A DNA stretch of 64,000 bases from Planctomycetota bacterium (GCA_965248445.1 CBDFJG010000003.1:1312001-1376000), one strand, 5' to 3'; counted from the stretch's first letter, positions 39,392 to 50,005 are shown. Program-made: numbers and translations. The notes: generated from the letters alone by a model not told the origin.

Positions 39392-40380
39392 GGCAGCGAT
39401 CGCAGCAGCTCCTTCGCGCGCGCCGCGTGCGGGGTGGACTTGTACGTACGGACGACGCGGCTGAGAATCAGCGACGCCCGTTTGTTGTCCCCTTCGGCGA
39501 TCTTGTCACGCGCCCTCTGCACGAGATCCCCCGCTTCGAGTCCGCGCGCCGCGTCGGGGTCCTTGCGGATCTCCGCCGCGCGCGCCTGCGCGTCCTCGCT
39601 GCCGTCCAGTCCGGCGAACCGGCGCGGGAAATCGTCGTACATCTGCCATGCGTCCCAGTTGAGCTTCTTCTCGCGCAGCGCGGCGGCCTCCTCGAGCCAC
39701 GTGCCGCGCCGGTCGTCGACCCAGGAGATCAGCCCCACGGCCCACTGCTTCGAGATCTTGTCGAGACCGTCCTTGGACTCGACCAGCGCAGCGCGGGCAT
39801 CGCCCCACTTACCTTCGGCCAGGAGCACCTCTTCCTTTGCCAGCGCCTCAGGCAGCCGAGGCGGGGGCGTGCGCACGCCGACGAGCATCGACGCGATGGG
39901 CTGCTTCTTCACCTCACGCGGATGTCCGCGCCACTTGATCGTGCCGTCGACAGCGACGATCACGGCGTGCGGCAACCCGGGTACGTTCCCGGCCTTCGCG
40001 AGCTTCTCGTAGGTCAGCGCGTCGACCGCCGCGAAACCGAACACCGCCTGCTGCTCCTCGGCCCACGTGCGGATCGGCTCGATGTCCTCCTCGTGCACGG
40101 CGAGGATCGACAGTCCGCGGCCCGCCCACTTGTTTTCGAGCTTGTTGAGGTGCTTGACCTCCTCGACGCAACGATCGGACCAACTCGCCATGTACGTCAT
40201 CACGACGAGTCTGCCGCCGTACACGGACATCGGGTTCTTCGTCGCCGGCATCTGGTGCACGCCCGTCGCGCCGAAGTCCGGCATCGTCGTGGCAAGCTGT
40301 TCCCCGTCGTCCTGCGCAACGCCGTACGTCGCGAGTACCGACATCGCTCCCAGGGCGATGGCCGCGAAGCGCGTCTTCAC
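39388..40380 (-). CDS. TlpA/redoxin-like thioredoxin-fold protein with a helical C-terminus
   Basis: GRLVVMTYMASWSDRC, GLSILAV, GLPHAVIVAVDGTIKWRGHP; GTG start overlaps the recQ stop. Confidence 0.8.
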   Translation of the reverse strand: MKTRFAAIALGAMSVLATYGVAQDDGEQLATTMPDFGATGVHQMPATKNPMSVYGGRLVVMTYMASWSDRCVEEVKHLNKLENKWAGRGLSILAVHEEDIEPIRTWAEEQQAVFGFAAVDALTYEKLAKAGNVPGLPHAVIVAVDGTIKWRGHPREVKKQPIASMLVGVRTPPPRLPEALAKEEVLLAEGKWGDARAALVESKDGLDKISKQWAVGLISWVDDRRGTWLEEAAALREKKLNWDAWQMYDDFPRRFAGLDGSEDAQARAAEIRKDPDAARGLEAGDLVQRARDKIAEGDNKRASLILSRVVRTYKSTPHAARAKELLRSLP

Positions 40381-42503
40381 GCCGCGTCTCCCGCACCGCA
40401 GCCGTCGACGACCTGCAGGATCTCCGCGCCGAAGCGCTCGAGCCGCGACGGACCGATGCCCGGCACGTCGGAGAGCTGTTCCTCGGTCGCGGGTCGCGAC
40501 TGCGCGATCGCGAAGAGCGTGGCGTCCGGGAACACCGTGTACGCGGGCAGCCCGGCTTCGCTCGCCTTCTCGCGGCGCCACTGGCGCAACCGGTCAGCCA
40601 GCGCGGCGACGTGCGGATCCGCAGAGTCGAGCAGCGGCGCGGAGCTGTTGCTGCGGCGCCGCAGACGCGCGGCGGGCGCCGTGAGCTGCGGCAGAGCGAG
40701 TTCGAGCTCCGGGTCGTCCTGCATGACTCGCTTCCCCTCCTCTGTGAGAGAGAGGATCGCGCCGGACCCCGGTCCGTCCAGATGGCGGCGCTGCAGGAGT
40801 CCCTCGTCGGCAAGCGCCTCGATGATGTCGCCCACGACCCGGACCTTGAGATGTGCCAGCATCCCGTGTGTGGGCAGGCGGTCGAGCCCCGCCGCGACGA
40901 CGGGCCGGGCCCGCGAACCGGTCAGGAACTGGGCCAGGCGGCTGCGACCGTAGCGGTCGTTCACGCGCGCGATGCCGGACAGCGTGATGCGCACGGCGCG
41001 GCGCTCCTCGAGCGAGAGCGTCCGCGCTGACGGGCGGCCGATGCCGAGACAGCGGTCGCAGGCGTTGCAGACCTCCCGCGCCTCTTCGCTGCTCCCGAAG
41101 TACCGCAGCACAAAGGCGCGACGGCAAGAGGCGCCGGCGGCGAACTCCATCATGCGCTGCACGCGGCTGCGGTCGCTCTCCCCCTTGGCGCGCATCCAGC
41201 CGGCGTCGATCGGCAGCGAACCGTCGGCGGAGAGATCGAGGGAGGCGTACAGGTCCTCGCCGGAGACCGTGTCCATCGTGCGGCCGATCGCACCAGTGCG
41301 GCGCAGCGTGCCGAGCGCGGTCTCGACGGCCATCTGGTTGCGCGTCGGTGCGTTCTGCGCGAGTTCCGTCGCGGAACGCGGCCCTTCGAGTAGCGCGTCG
41401 ACGATGGACCGGTACACGGCTTCGTCGGGGTTGGAGCCCTCGAGGAAGAAGTGCTGGATCCGCACGTCGGCGTAGTTGTAGAGGAGCACGCAATCGGCGC
41501 GTTCGCCGTCGCGGCCGGCGCGACCGGCTTCCTGGTAGTACGCCTCGACGCTGCCGGGAACGTCGTAGTGCACGACGAGCCGGATGTTGCTCTTGTCCAC
41601 GCCCATGCCGAACGCGTTGGTCGCCACGATCACGTCGAGGCGGCCGCTCATGAACGCCTCCTGGACGTCCTCGCGGGCGTCGCCGCCCCGACCGGCGTGA
41701 TACGCGGCTGCGCGCAAGCCGCTCGACGAGAGGTGCGCCGCCACGAGTTCGACGTTCTTGCGCGTGGCGGCGTACACGATCGCGGGCTTCCCCGCTCCCG
41801 CGATCGCCTCGTCCAGCATCTCGAGCTTCTCGGCGACGCCCCGCGGCCGCCGCACGATCAGGCGCAGATTCGGCCGGGCGAAGCCGGCCACGAACACCCG
41901 CGGAGCGCGGAACCCGAGCTGTCGCGCGATGTCGTCCCGCACGTCGGCGGTAGCGGTCGCGGTGAACGCAGCCGTGGGCGGCGATCCGACGAACCTCCGC
42001 AACTCGCCAAGCCGGGCGTAGTCCGGCCGGAAATCGTGGCCCCACTGGCTGATGCAGTGCGCCTCGTCCACCGCCAGGCGGACGACGTTCATCTTGGCCG
42101 CCTGCTCCAGGAACCGCTCGCTGGCCAGGCGCTCCGGCGCGATGTACAGCAGACGCACGCGCCCCTCTGTGCAGGCGCGAAGCCTCTGATTCTGCTCTCC
42201 CATGGACAACGTCGAATTGACGAACGTGGCGGCGTGACCGGCCGCGACGAGGCCATCTACCTGGTCCTTCATGAGGGCGATCAGCGGGCTGACCACCAGC
42301 GTCAGTCCACCCAGCAGCAAGGCGGGCAACTGGTAGCACACCGACTTGCCGCCGCCGGTCGGCATGACAGCGACGACGTCGTCGCCACGCAGCACGGATT
42401 CCACCACCTCGCGTTGACCGGGGCGGAAGGAAGGATGCCCGAAGCGCGCTTCGAGCTCACGGCTGAGAGAAGGGGCGACCACGGGAAGCCGGAAGGGTAC
42501 CAC
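40377..42503 (-). CDS. recQ: ATP-dependent DNA helicase RecQ
   Basis: MPTGGGKS, VDEAHCISQWGHDFRP, ATNAFGMGVDK, YYQEAGRAGRDG, Zn-binding cysteines, RQC and HRDC domains. Confidence 0.96.
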   Translation of the reverse strand: MVPFRLPVVAPSLSRELEARFGHPSFRPGQREVVESVLRGDDVVAVMPTGGGKSVCYQLPALLLGGLTLVVSPLIALMKDQVDGLVAAGHAATFVNSTLSMGEQNQRLRACTEGRVRLLYIAPERLASERFLEQAAKMNVVRLAVDEAHCISQWGHDFRPDYARLGELRRFVGSPPTAAFTATATADVRDDIARQLGFRAPRVFVAGFARPNLRLIVRRPRGVAEKLEMLDEAIAGAGKPAIVYAATRKNVELVAAHLSSSGLRAAAYHAGRGGDAREDVQEAFMSGRLDVIVATNAFGMGVDKSNIRLVVHYDVPGSVEAYYQEAGRAGRDGERADCVLLYNYADVRIQHFFLEGSNPDEAVYRSIVDALLEGPRSATELAQNAPTRNQMAVETALGTLRRTGAIGRTMDTVSGEDLYASLDLSADGSLPIDAGWMRAKGESDRSRVQRMMEFAAGASCRRAFVLRYFGSSEEAREVCNACDRCLGIGRPSARTLSLEERRAVRITLSGIARVNDRYGRSRLAQFLTGSRARPVVAAGLDRLPTHGMLAHLKVRVVGDIIEALADEGLLQRRHLDGPGSGAILSLTEEGKRVMQDDPELELALPQLTAPAARLRRRSNSSAPLLDSADPHVAALADRLRQWRREKASEAGLPAYTVFPDATLFAIAQSRPATEEQLSDVPGIGPSRLERFGAEILQVVDGCGAGDAA

Positions 42504-42568
42504 CCGGCCGCTCGCTAAGGACGGCCCGGGACCCTACGATTTGGACTGCTGTGTTCAGGAGGTGCCGC

Positions 42569-43621
42569 ATGACCGCCGTCCGATTCGGCTGCGCCGTGCT
42601 CTCGATCTGTCTTGTCGGCCTGACGTTGCCCGCGTGCGCCTCCCGGCGGACGGCGGCAGACGACGGCCCGGAAGCGAACAAGCCGCGACCTCCGGTCTCG
42701 CTGACCGGCCTGAAGAACCCGTCGTGCGTCACGTTCTCCCCGACCGGTGCGCTGACCGTGTGCGACTCGGGCCACGGGCGTGTGCTGGTGGTCGAGGGCG
42801 GCGCTGCGCGAGCGCACGTCGAGGGCTACTCGACGGAGTACTGGAAGATCGACAAGGAGACCGGTCAGAAGCGCTTCAAGCTGGGACCGCTCTCCGCCCT
42901 CTGGCTCGCGGACGGGCGTCTGCTCGTGACCGACGCGGGACTGCCGGACGGCAAGGAGGTCCTGCGGCTGCACGAGGGACCCGGCGGTCCCGAGGACGGT
43001 GTCGCGACCAACTCGGTCGGCCCCACCACCCAAGATCCCGCCGACAAGGGCGAGGGCAACCTCACGGGGATGGCGCTTTCCCCCGGCGGGCGCCACGTGT
43101 ACGTCTGCGGGCAGGGCGCGGACGCGGCGTCCTGGGTGCTCAAGGCTGACCTTCACACGATGGAACTCGTCCCGTGGGCCTCCGCGGACGAGCACGGCAT
43201 CGAGGTGAACTCCCCGATGCAGGCGCTCGTGCTGCCGAACGGCAACGTGCTTGTCCTCTACTCCGGCAAGGGCGGAGCCGCGGACGGCGTGATGGTCGAG
43301 TGGACCGCAAAGGGCGCCACGCCGCTGGTGCAGTGGACGCTTCCCGGCCTCGTCGATCCGATGGGCATGGCGCTCGTGCCCGGCCGCGAGAACCAGTTCG
43401 CGGTGGTCGACAACAACTGGTCTCTGACCGACGTCAAGCAGGGGAAGCTCGCTCGCGTCACACTGCCCGCCGGCGGCGGCGAGGCGCTGGTGACCGAGGT
43501 CTCGGCAGATCTGCGCGGCCCGGTCTCGTGCGCCTTCGGCCCGGACGGCCGTCTGTACATCGCGGAACTCGGCGAGGAGTTCGACAAGACGCTCGGCCGC
43601 GTCACCTCGGTGCGCTTCTAG
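42569..43621 (+). CDS. Lipoprotein, NHL/SMP-30-like beta-propeller
   Basis: AGGAGG RBS, LPAC lipobox, GLKNP../GLVDPMG../FGPDGRLYIAE repeats. Confidence 0.8.
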   Translation: MTAVRFGCAVLSICLVGLTLPACASRRTAADDGPEANKPRPPVSLTGLKNPSCVTFSPTGALTVCDSGHGRVLVVEGGAARAHVEGYSTEYWKIDKETGQKRFKLGPLSALWLADGRLLVTDAGLPDGKEVLRLHEGPGGPEDGVATNSVGPTTQDPADKGEGNLTGMALSPGGRHVYVCGQGADAASWVLKADLHTMELVPWASADEHGIEVNSPMQALVLPNGNVLVLYSGKGGAADGVMVEWTAKGATPLVQWTLPGLVDPMGMALVPGRENQFAVVDNNWSLTDVKQGKLARVTLPAGGGEALVTEVSADLRGPVSCAFGPDGRLYIAELGEEFDKTLGRVTSVRF

Positions 43622-43661
43622 CTCGCTGTCCGGTCTCGTGGGCGGGCGCGGCGGCCCGCAA

Positions 43662-44486
43662 CTACGATGAGAACAGTGGCCAGTCGCCCGGGGGTGCCGC
43701 GCGCGCAGCGACCGCCCGTTCGATCAGGGTCGTGATCGCCCGCTCGCCTTCCTCGCCATAGTCGAGCGAGTGCTCGTTGACGAACGTCTCGATGTGCTTG
43801 GCGAGGGTGACGGGGTCCATCGACTGGGAGTGAGCGCGCACGAACTTGCGGGAGCGTTCCGGATCGCGGCGGGCGATCTCGAGGCTCTCGCGCACCCAGC
43901 CCTCGATGACGCGGGGTGACGGATCCACGAGGTCGCGCCGCACGAACACGCCGCCGAGCGGCACCGGCAGGCCGGTCTCCTGCTCCCATCGCTCTCCGAG
44001 GTCCTCGACGAGGTGGAACCCCAGACGCTCGTACTCAAAACGCAACTCATGAATCACAACACCAGCGTCCGCTTCGCCCCGGGCGAGAGCGCGGGGGACC
44101 TCGTCGTACCGAGCGTACGAGAATCGTGTGACTCCCGGGTGGAAGCTGCGGAAGAGCAGCGCGGCGGTGGTCAGATCGCCGGGAAGCATCACGCTCTTTC
44201 GATCGAGGTCCGAGAGGGCGAGCGGCTCCCGCGCAACCACGAGCGGTCCGTTCCCGCGGCCGAGCGCGCCGCCGGTGCGCAGCGCGCAGTACCGGTCACG
44301 CGCCCGCGCGAACGCCGCGAAGCTCGCCTTGGTGACCGGCAAGCGGCCGGCCATCATCGCGAGGTTCAGTTCCTCGACGTCTTCCATGACGGACTGGAAC
44401 GCGAAGCCACCGGTCTCGACCAGGCCGTGCAGGAGCGCATGGAAGATGAACGTGTCGTTCGGACACGGGGACAGTCCGAGTTTCAC
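43662..44486 (-). CDS. mqnD: 1,4-dihydroxy-6-naphthoate synthase (futalosine pathway)
   Basis: SPCPNDTFIF, GGALGRGNGP, GVVIHELRF, DLGERWE..LPVPLG. Confidence 0.95.
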   Translation of the reverse strand: MKLGLSPCPNDTFIFHALLHGLVETGGFAFQSVMEDVEELNLAMMAGRLPVTKASFAAFARARDRYCALRTGGALGRGNGPLVVAREPLALSDLDRKSVMLPGDLTTAALLFRSFHPGVTRFSYARYDEVPRALARGEADAGVVIHELRFEYERLGFHLVEDLGERWEQETGLPVPLGGVFVRRDLVDPSPRVIEGWVRESLEIARRDPERSRKFVRAHSQSMDPVTLAKHIETFVNEHSLDYGEEGERAITTLIERAVAARAAPPGDWPLFSS

Positions 44487-44488
44487 GG

Positions 44489-45112
44489 TCAGTTCTCGAC
44501 AGCCCGGAACACGACGCTCGCCGCGGCGGTGGCAGCGGCCTCGAGATCGAACGGCGCGCCGTCTCGCGGCCCGCAGGGGTTCGAGATGCCACGGACCTCG
44601 GCGAACGGAAGCGCATAGCGCGCTGCGACCGTCGCCACTGCCGCGCCCTCCATCGCCTCACAGAGCGCGCCCGTGGCAGCCCGCTCCTGCGCCGTGCGCG
44701 TGCTCCCGGTGCAGACGCTGACCGTGGCGATCCGGCCGGTCCGCATCTCGCCACCGACGCTGAGCACGGAACGCAGCACGGGATCGGTGGCGCGCCATGC
44801 TGTGCCCGGCACCGGCATCCCCGGGCGCGCGAACGGCGTGAAGCGCTCCCCGTCGTCGATCCCCTCGTCGATCGCGGCGACCTCCGTAGCGACGACGACA
44901 TCGCCGATCTCGAGACCGGCGCCCGGATACGCGCCGGCAACACCGCAGCAGATGACCGCGTGCAAGCCGCCGTCCGCGAGTCGGAGTGCGGTCGCCGTGG
45001 CGGCGGCGATCTTGCCGACCCCGCTCACGAGAACCTCGCGGCCGGGAGCCGCGCCGAGCGCCTCGGCCTCGGCCTCGGTCGCGACCACGAGCAGGACGGC
45101 GCCCTTGGGCAT
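44489..45112 (-). CDS. mqnB: Futalosine hydrolase
   Basis: LVVATEAEA, SGVGKIAAA, GVAGAY, EAMEGAAVA, EVRGISNPCGPRD; adjacent to mqnD. Confidence 0.9.
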   Translation of the reverse strand: MPKGAVLLVVATEAEAEALGAAPGREVLVSGVGKIAAATATALRLADGGLHAVICCGVAGAYPGAGLEIGDVVVATEVAAIDEGIDDGERFTPFARPGMPVPGTAWRATDPVLRSVLSVGGEMRTGRIATVSVCTGSTRTAQERAATGALCEAMEGAAVATVAARYALPFAEVRGISNPCGPRDGAPFDLEAAATAAASVVFRAVEN

Positions 45113-45314
45113 GCCCGCATCGTAGATCTCCGCCCCGCACCCGCGCGGGATACTCAGACCGTGACCCTGACCGGAGCGAAGGAACCCGCCCACCCCCCAA
45201 CCGCCCACCCTGGGGGACGCGCGACGAGTCCCGCTGGTTACATCTCTGCTCAAGAAACTCGCTGCGCCGCTCCTTGTCCGCCACCGCGCGCCCCCCGAGA
45301 CTCCTCCTCCCCGC

Positions 45315-46019
45315 ATGTCCATCTCCACCTCCCCGGCCGTCGTCACCATCCGCGGACTGACGCGCGAGTACGGCAAGGGTGCCGCCGCGGTGCGTGCGCT
45401 CCGCGGGATCGACCTCGACGTGCGCGCCGGCGAGTTCGTCGCGCTGCTCGGCCGCTCGGGATCAGGCAAGTCGACGCTCTTGAACCTACTCGCGGGCCTC
45501 GACCGCCCCACCGCGGGCACCGTGACGGTCGACGGCGACGACCTGGCCGCGCTCTCCGCGGACGGCCTGGCGCGCTACCGGCGTGAGCGGGTGGGCATCG
45601 TGTTCCAGTCGTTCCACCTGCTGCCTGGGCGCAGCGCTCTCGAGAACGTCGCCACCCCGTTGCTGATCGCCGGAGTGCTGCATGCCGAGCGAGGGCAACG
45701 GGCACTCGCCGCGCTCGACGCCGTTGGCCTCGCCCCGCGCGCGTCGCACAGTCCGGCGGAACTGTCCGGCGGCGAGCAACAGCGCGTCGCGATCGCGCGC
45801 GCACTGGTCCGGGAGCCGTCGTTGCTTGTGTGCGACGAGCCGACGGGGAACCTCGACAGCGCCACCGCGGACGGCGTTGCGGAACTGCTCATCGAGCTGA
45901 ATCGCGACCGTGGCGTGACGATCTCCATGGTCACGCACGAGGAGGCACTCGCCCGCCGCGTCGGCGCGCGCATCGTGACGATGGCTGACGGCCGCATCGT
46001 CGCGGAGACCCCGGCGTGA
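45315..46019 (+). CDS. ABC transporter ATP-binding protein (LolD/MacB type)
   Basis: GRSGSGKST, LSGGEQQRVAIARAL, DEPTGNLD. Confidence 0.95.
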   Translation: MSISTSPAVVTIRGLTREYGKGAAAVRALRGIDLDVRAGEFVALLGRSGSGKSTLLNLLAGLDRPTAGTVTVDGDDLAALSADGLARYRRERVGIVFQSFHLLPGRSALENVATPLLIAGVLHAERGQRALAALDAVGLAPRASHSPAELSGGEQQRVAIARALVREPSLLVCDEPTGNLDSATADGVAELLIELNRDRGVTISMVTHEEALARRVGARIVTMADGRIVAETPA

Positions 46020-47443
46020 GAGTCGCGGACCTCCTCGGTGAATCGCTCGCCGCCCTGCGCGGCAGCCCGATGCGCACTGCGCTGACCGCGCTCGGCATCA
46101 CCGTCGGGACCCTGGCACTCGTCCTCATCATGTCGCTGTCGCGCGGCCTCGAGACGCTGATCGACGACCTCGTCGCGACCGAGTCGCAGTTGCGCCAGGT
46201 CGTCGTCATGCCCGGTTTCGGATCGTCGCGCGACAGAGACGAGATTCCGGAGGTCGTCGGAGAGATGTCCGAGGAGAAGCGCGCCCGCCTCCGCCGTTCG
46301 CTCACGAAGCGCGGCCGTCGCGGTCCGTCGTTCCAGCTGCGCACCGTGCTCATCGGCGACGAGACGCGCGACGAACTCGCTGCGCTGCCCGGCGTGACAG
46401 CGGCGCGTCCCTTCCTGCAGGACCGCTTCGAGGTCTCGCTCACCGCGAGCGAAGACAAGCCACGTGTGGCGCTGTCCCTCGGCATGCCCGCGGAGCACCC
46501 CTACTACCCGAATCGCATCCTCGCGGGGCGTTGGTTCAACGCCGACGACGAGCGCGCGGTCGTCATGCACGAGGTGCTCCTCTATCAGCTCGGCTACACG
46601 AGCGACGAGGCGCAGGCAGCACTCGTCGGGGAGACGCTGCGCCTCGTCGCTCGCAAGGGCGGCGGACGCAACGTGCTCGCGATGATGATGTCGGCCGGCA
46701 CATCGACGCGCAGCGCGGGGGGCGAGATTCTCTACACGGAGGAACTGCCGATCGTCGGCGTGCTGAAGGAGCGTTACGGCAACGAGCCGTCGTCGGTCGT
46801 CGAGGAGGGGTGGTCGATGCAGACCGACTTCTTCGTGCCTCTCGGCCTGGCCGAAGACCTTTGGCGCCGCAACGACAAGAACGAGGGCGTGCCGGCCCTG
46901 CTCCTCGAAGCCGAGACGATCGACCATGTCGAGGCTATCGAGGACGCGGGTCGCGAACGGGGCCTGCGCGTGCAGTCCGTCCGCGGCGTCGTGGAGCGCA
47001 TCAAGCAGTCGCTCGGCGGCGCCACTCTCATCGCGAGTCTCCTCGCAGGCATCGCCGTGTTCGTCGCGGCGCTCGGCATCGTCAACACGATGGTCATGAG
47101 CGTCATGGAACGCACCCGCGAGATCGGCCTGCTGAAGGCGCTCGGCGCGCGCAGCCAGGACGTCGTCGCACTGTTCCTCATGGAGGGCGGCATCCTCGGA
47201 CTCGGCGGCGGCCTGCTCGGCCTGGGACTGGCGCGCGCGCTGGGCGCACTCGGCAACGACATCGGCAGGACGCGCATCGAGGAGATGTTCCAAATGCCGT
47301 TCACCGGCGACCTGTTCAAGTTCCCGACGTGGCTGCTCGTGGGCGGCGTCGTGTTCGCGGTCGTCACCAGTCTGGTCGCCTCCGTCGTCCCGTCTCTGCG
47401 CGCCGCGCGCATCGACCCCGTACGCGCACTCCGCCACGAATGA
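46016..47443 (+). CDS. ABC transporter permease (MacB/FtsX type)
   Basis: RTALTALGI, GIVNTMVMSVMERTREIGLLKALGA, RAARIDPVRALRHE. Confidence 0.95.
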   Translation: MRVADLLGESLAALRGSPMRTALTALGITVGTLALVLIMSLSRGLETLIDDLVATESQLRQVVVMPGFGSSRDRDEIPEVVGEMSEEKRARLRRSLTKRGRRGPSFQLRTVLIGDETRDELAALPGVTAARPFLQDRFEVSLTASEDKPRVALSLGMPAEHPYYPNRILAGRWFNADDERAVVMHEVLLYQLGYTSDEAQAALVGETLRLVARKGGGRNVLAMMMSAGTSTRSAGGEILYTEELPIVGVLKERYGNEPSSVVEEGWSMQTDFFVPLGLAEDLWRRNDKNEGVPALLLEAETIDHVEAIEDAGRERGLRVQSVRGVVERIKQSLGGATLIASLLAGIAVFVAALGIVNTMVMSVMERTREIGLLKALGARSQDVVALFLMEGGILGLGGGLLGLGLARALGALGNDIGRTRIEEMFQMPFTGDLFKFPTWLLVGGVVFAVVTSLVASVVPSLRAARIDPVRALRHE

Positions 47444-48609
47444 CTGCCACCGTCCCCGCCTACCGCGTGGTCGTGATCGGCGGAGGCGTGGCGGGTCTGG
47501 CGACGGCCGAGCACCTGACGCGAACGGTGAGCGACCCGGCGCGAGTCGCACTCGTCGAGCAACACGGCCTGGGCCACGACCTCGGCGGTTCGCACGGACA
47601 CGCGCGCATCACGCGCAGCACGTACGTCGACGCGGACTACGTGCGGCTGATCACGCACGCACATGAGGAGGACTGGCCGAGGCTCGAGCACGACGCCGGT
47701 GAGCGCCTCTTGCACCCCGCGGCCGGCTGCTTCTTCGGTCCGCCCGGCTCTACGCTGGATGAGTACCGCAGCGCCGTGCGCACCGTGCCCGACGCGGTCG
47801 AGGAACTGTCGCCCGCCGACGGCCGAAAGCGGTTCCCGGCATTCTCGTTCCCGGACGCGGAGGTCGTGCTCGCGGACAGCACGGCGGCGCTGGTTGCGGC
47901 GGCCGACACGGTTGCGGCACTCGAGCGGCTCGTCCGCGAGAGAGGCACGACAATTCACGAGAACACGGCCGTCCGCGCCATCGACACGAGCGGTGACGAG
48001 ATCGTCGTCGCGACGACGCACGGAGAGATGCGCGCGGACAGCCTCGTCGTGGCCGCGGGCGGCTGGACCTTGGCCCTGCTGCCGGAACTCCGGCGCCCCA
48101 TCCGCGCCGTGCACCAATCCGTGGGTTACTTCACCCTCGACGCGCCGGCCGCGGCGCACCGCATGCCGCAGTTCCCGGTCTGGGCGTACCTGACGGACGA
48201 GATCCTCGGGTTCTACGGGACGCCGGAGTTCGGCCGTCCGGGCATCAAGGCCGCACGACATGTGGCGACCGGCGACGACGATCCCGATGCGGTGCCGGAT
48301 CCGTCACGCATGCTGTTGGAGTTGGCGCGGGCGCGCGACTTCCTCGACGAGCAACTCACGTATCGCGTGCGCGACCTCGTCCACCAGGAGACGTGCCTCT
48401 ACGCTTGCACGGCGGACGACGACTTCGTGCTCGACACGCTTCCGAACGATCCCCGGATCGTCGTGGCCTCCGGCCTCTCAGGCCACGGCTTCAAGTTCGC
48501 GCCGCTCATCGGACGCCTGTCGGGCGAGCTCGCGCTCGACGGAGTGACGTCCGTGCCCGCGTTCGAGCAGGCGCGTGACCGGTTCTCTATCGCTTCCGCG
48601 GCTCGATGA
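47440..48609 (+). CDS. FAD-dependent oxidoreductase, monomeric sarcosine oxidase/SolA family
   Basis: VVIGGGVAG, GGSHGHARITR, CLYACTADDDF, SGHGFKFAP. Confidence 0.9.
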   Translation: MTATVPAYRVVVIGGGVAGLATAEHLTRTVSDPARVALVEQHGLGHDLGGSHGHARITRSTYVDADYVRLITHAHEEDWPRLEHDAGERLLHPAAGCFFGPPGSTLDEYRSAVRTVPDAVEELSPADGRKRFPAFSFPDAEVVLADSTAALVAAADTVAALERLVRERGTTIHENTAVRAIDTSGDEIVVATTHGEMRADSLVVAAGGWTLALLPELRRPIRAVHQSVGYFTLDAPAAAHRMPQFPVWAYLTDEILGFYGTPEFGRPGIKAARHVATGDDDPDAVPDPSRMLLELARARDFLDEQLTYRVRDLVHQETCLYACTADDDFVLDTLPNDPRIVVASGLSGHGFKFAPLIGRLSGELALDGVTSVPAFEQARDRFSIASAAR

Positions 48610-50005
48610 GCACGATGTCGTCCTTGATCCGATAAGTGAGGTCCCCCGCCGCGTCGCAGAGCGCGCGCAGCGCGTTCTCCAGGGAGTCGTCGTCGACGTT
48701 GAGTGAGACCCCTCCCGGCGTCAGTTTCTCCCACGCGGCGGGAGTCACCACGATGTTGATCTTCTTCGTATTCCCGATGTAGTTGATCGCATCGGAGAGC
48801 GGAGTCTCCGAGAAGCGAAACGTGATCCGCTCGTCGCGGAGAAGAGCATCGAGCAGCAGCTGTTTCAACGCCACCGAGACGTCGGCGAGCGCCCCCTCCG
48901 TGACGTCGACCATGCGATAGAGGCTGCGGTGGCCCTTCGCCGAGAGCCGTATCGAGACTTCCCCGGGAGGAACGACGTCGATCACGCCGACGCCCTTGTC
49001 GTCGACAAATTTCGTCTCGATACGCCCCTTCATGGATCGCCCGTCGAACGAGATGTCGGCTCTGGAGTCGGGATCCGGCCACATGACCGTCATACGTGTC
49101 TTCGGCGGCAACTCCCCCGCCGTGCTCGAGGCGCGGACGCGGACTCCGCCGGCCGGCGGGCCCAGGTACATCTCTGTCTCGAGGGTCACGCCGTACTGGC
49201 CGTGCACGTGAAATCCCGTGGACCGCTGCGCGAACGGCGCCATCGCCGTCAGCATCTGATTCTTGGGACGAACCTCGAGCTCGAACGCGCCACTGTCGTC
49301 GGTAACCCCGACCTGCGCGTGACCGAGCATGAGCTTCGCCCCGCGAACCGAGACGCCGGACGCGTCGAGTACCCGTCCTCTCACGGTGATCGAGGTCGGT
49401 GCATCAGGGTCGGGGTTGATCGGAGGGATGACGATCGTGCGACGACCGTCCATCCACTCGATCCCCTTGGCGTGCAAGACCACTCGATCCGGTAGCACGA
49501 CGAAGCCGATGCCCGAGAGCTGTGTCATCAGTTCCAGGATGGTCTCCCCCGGCACGTTCATGACCTGCAGAGCCAGACCCCCGTGCGCGTGGAAACCCGC
49601 CACGCTCTCGGCGTCCAGGTGGATCGGAGCACCGGTCAGCCCGGACAGGTGCCCGAACGCCTCGCGCAGGGTGCCGCCGCCGTCGACCTTGATCTCGAGC
49701 ACGCGCTCCTTCAGCAGCGCGGGTACGTCGAGCGGGTGCTTTGCCGGGTCGGCGGCACCCGTCGACTCGGCGCCTGCCGGTTCCGGCCCTTCGGTCACCG
49801 CGGGTGGCGCGGGCTGTACGCGCGCCCGCTCCGGCAGCGCGGGCTGCGGCCGAGTGGGTCCATCGCCCGCTCCCGTGGCATCCGGCACCACGACCTCGTC
49901 AGGACGAACGTCCTCGCTATCGCCATCGCCATCGCGTGTCGTCCACCAGACGACCACCGCGACCAGAACCACGAGCGCCGCAACAACCGCACTCCTGGTG
50001 CGCAT
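48587..50005 (-). CDS. Membrane-anchored protein with STN-like and carboxypeptidase-regulatory-like domains
   Basis: N-terminal TM; TVRGRVLDASG..TDDSGAF; FSETPLSDAINYI..INIVV..VSLNVDDDSLENALRAL; GGAGG RBS. Confidence 0.75.
   Translation of the reverse strand: MRTRSAVVAALVVLVAVVVWWTTRDGDGDSEDVRPDEVVVPDATGAGDGPTRPQPALPERARVQPAPPAVTEGPEPAGAESTGAADPAKHPLDVPALLKERVLEIKVDGGGTLREAFGHLSGLTGAPIHLDAESVAGFHAHGGLALQVMNVPGETILELMTQLSGIGFVVLPDRVVLHAKGIEWMDGRRTIVIPPINPDPDAPTSITVRGRVLDASGVSVRGAKLMLGHAQVGVTDDSGAFELEVRPKNQMLTAMAPFAQRSTGFHVHGQYGVTLETEMYLGPPAGGVRVRASSTAGELPPKTRMTVMWPDPDSRADISFDGRSMKGRIETKFVDDKGVGVIDVVPPGEVSIRLSAKGHRSLYRMVDVTEGALADVSVALKQLLLDALLRDERITFRFSETPLSDAINYIGNTKKINIVVTPAAWEKLTPGGVSLNVDDDSLENALRALCDAAGDLTYRIKDDIVLIEPRKR

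Noticed and set aside
40177..40179. Selenocysteine in the redoxin active site
   Set aside because: The codon is TCC (Ser), not TGA.
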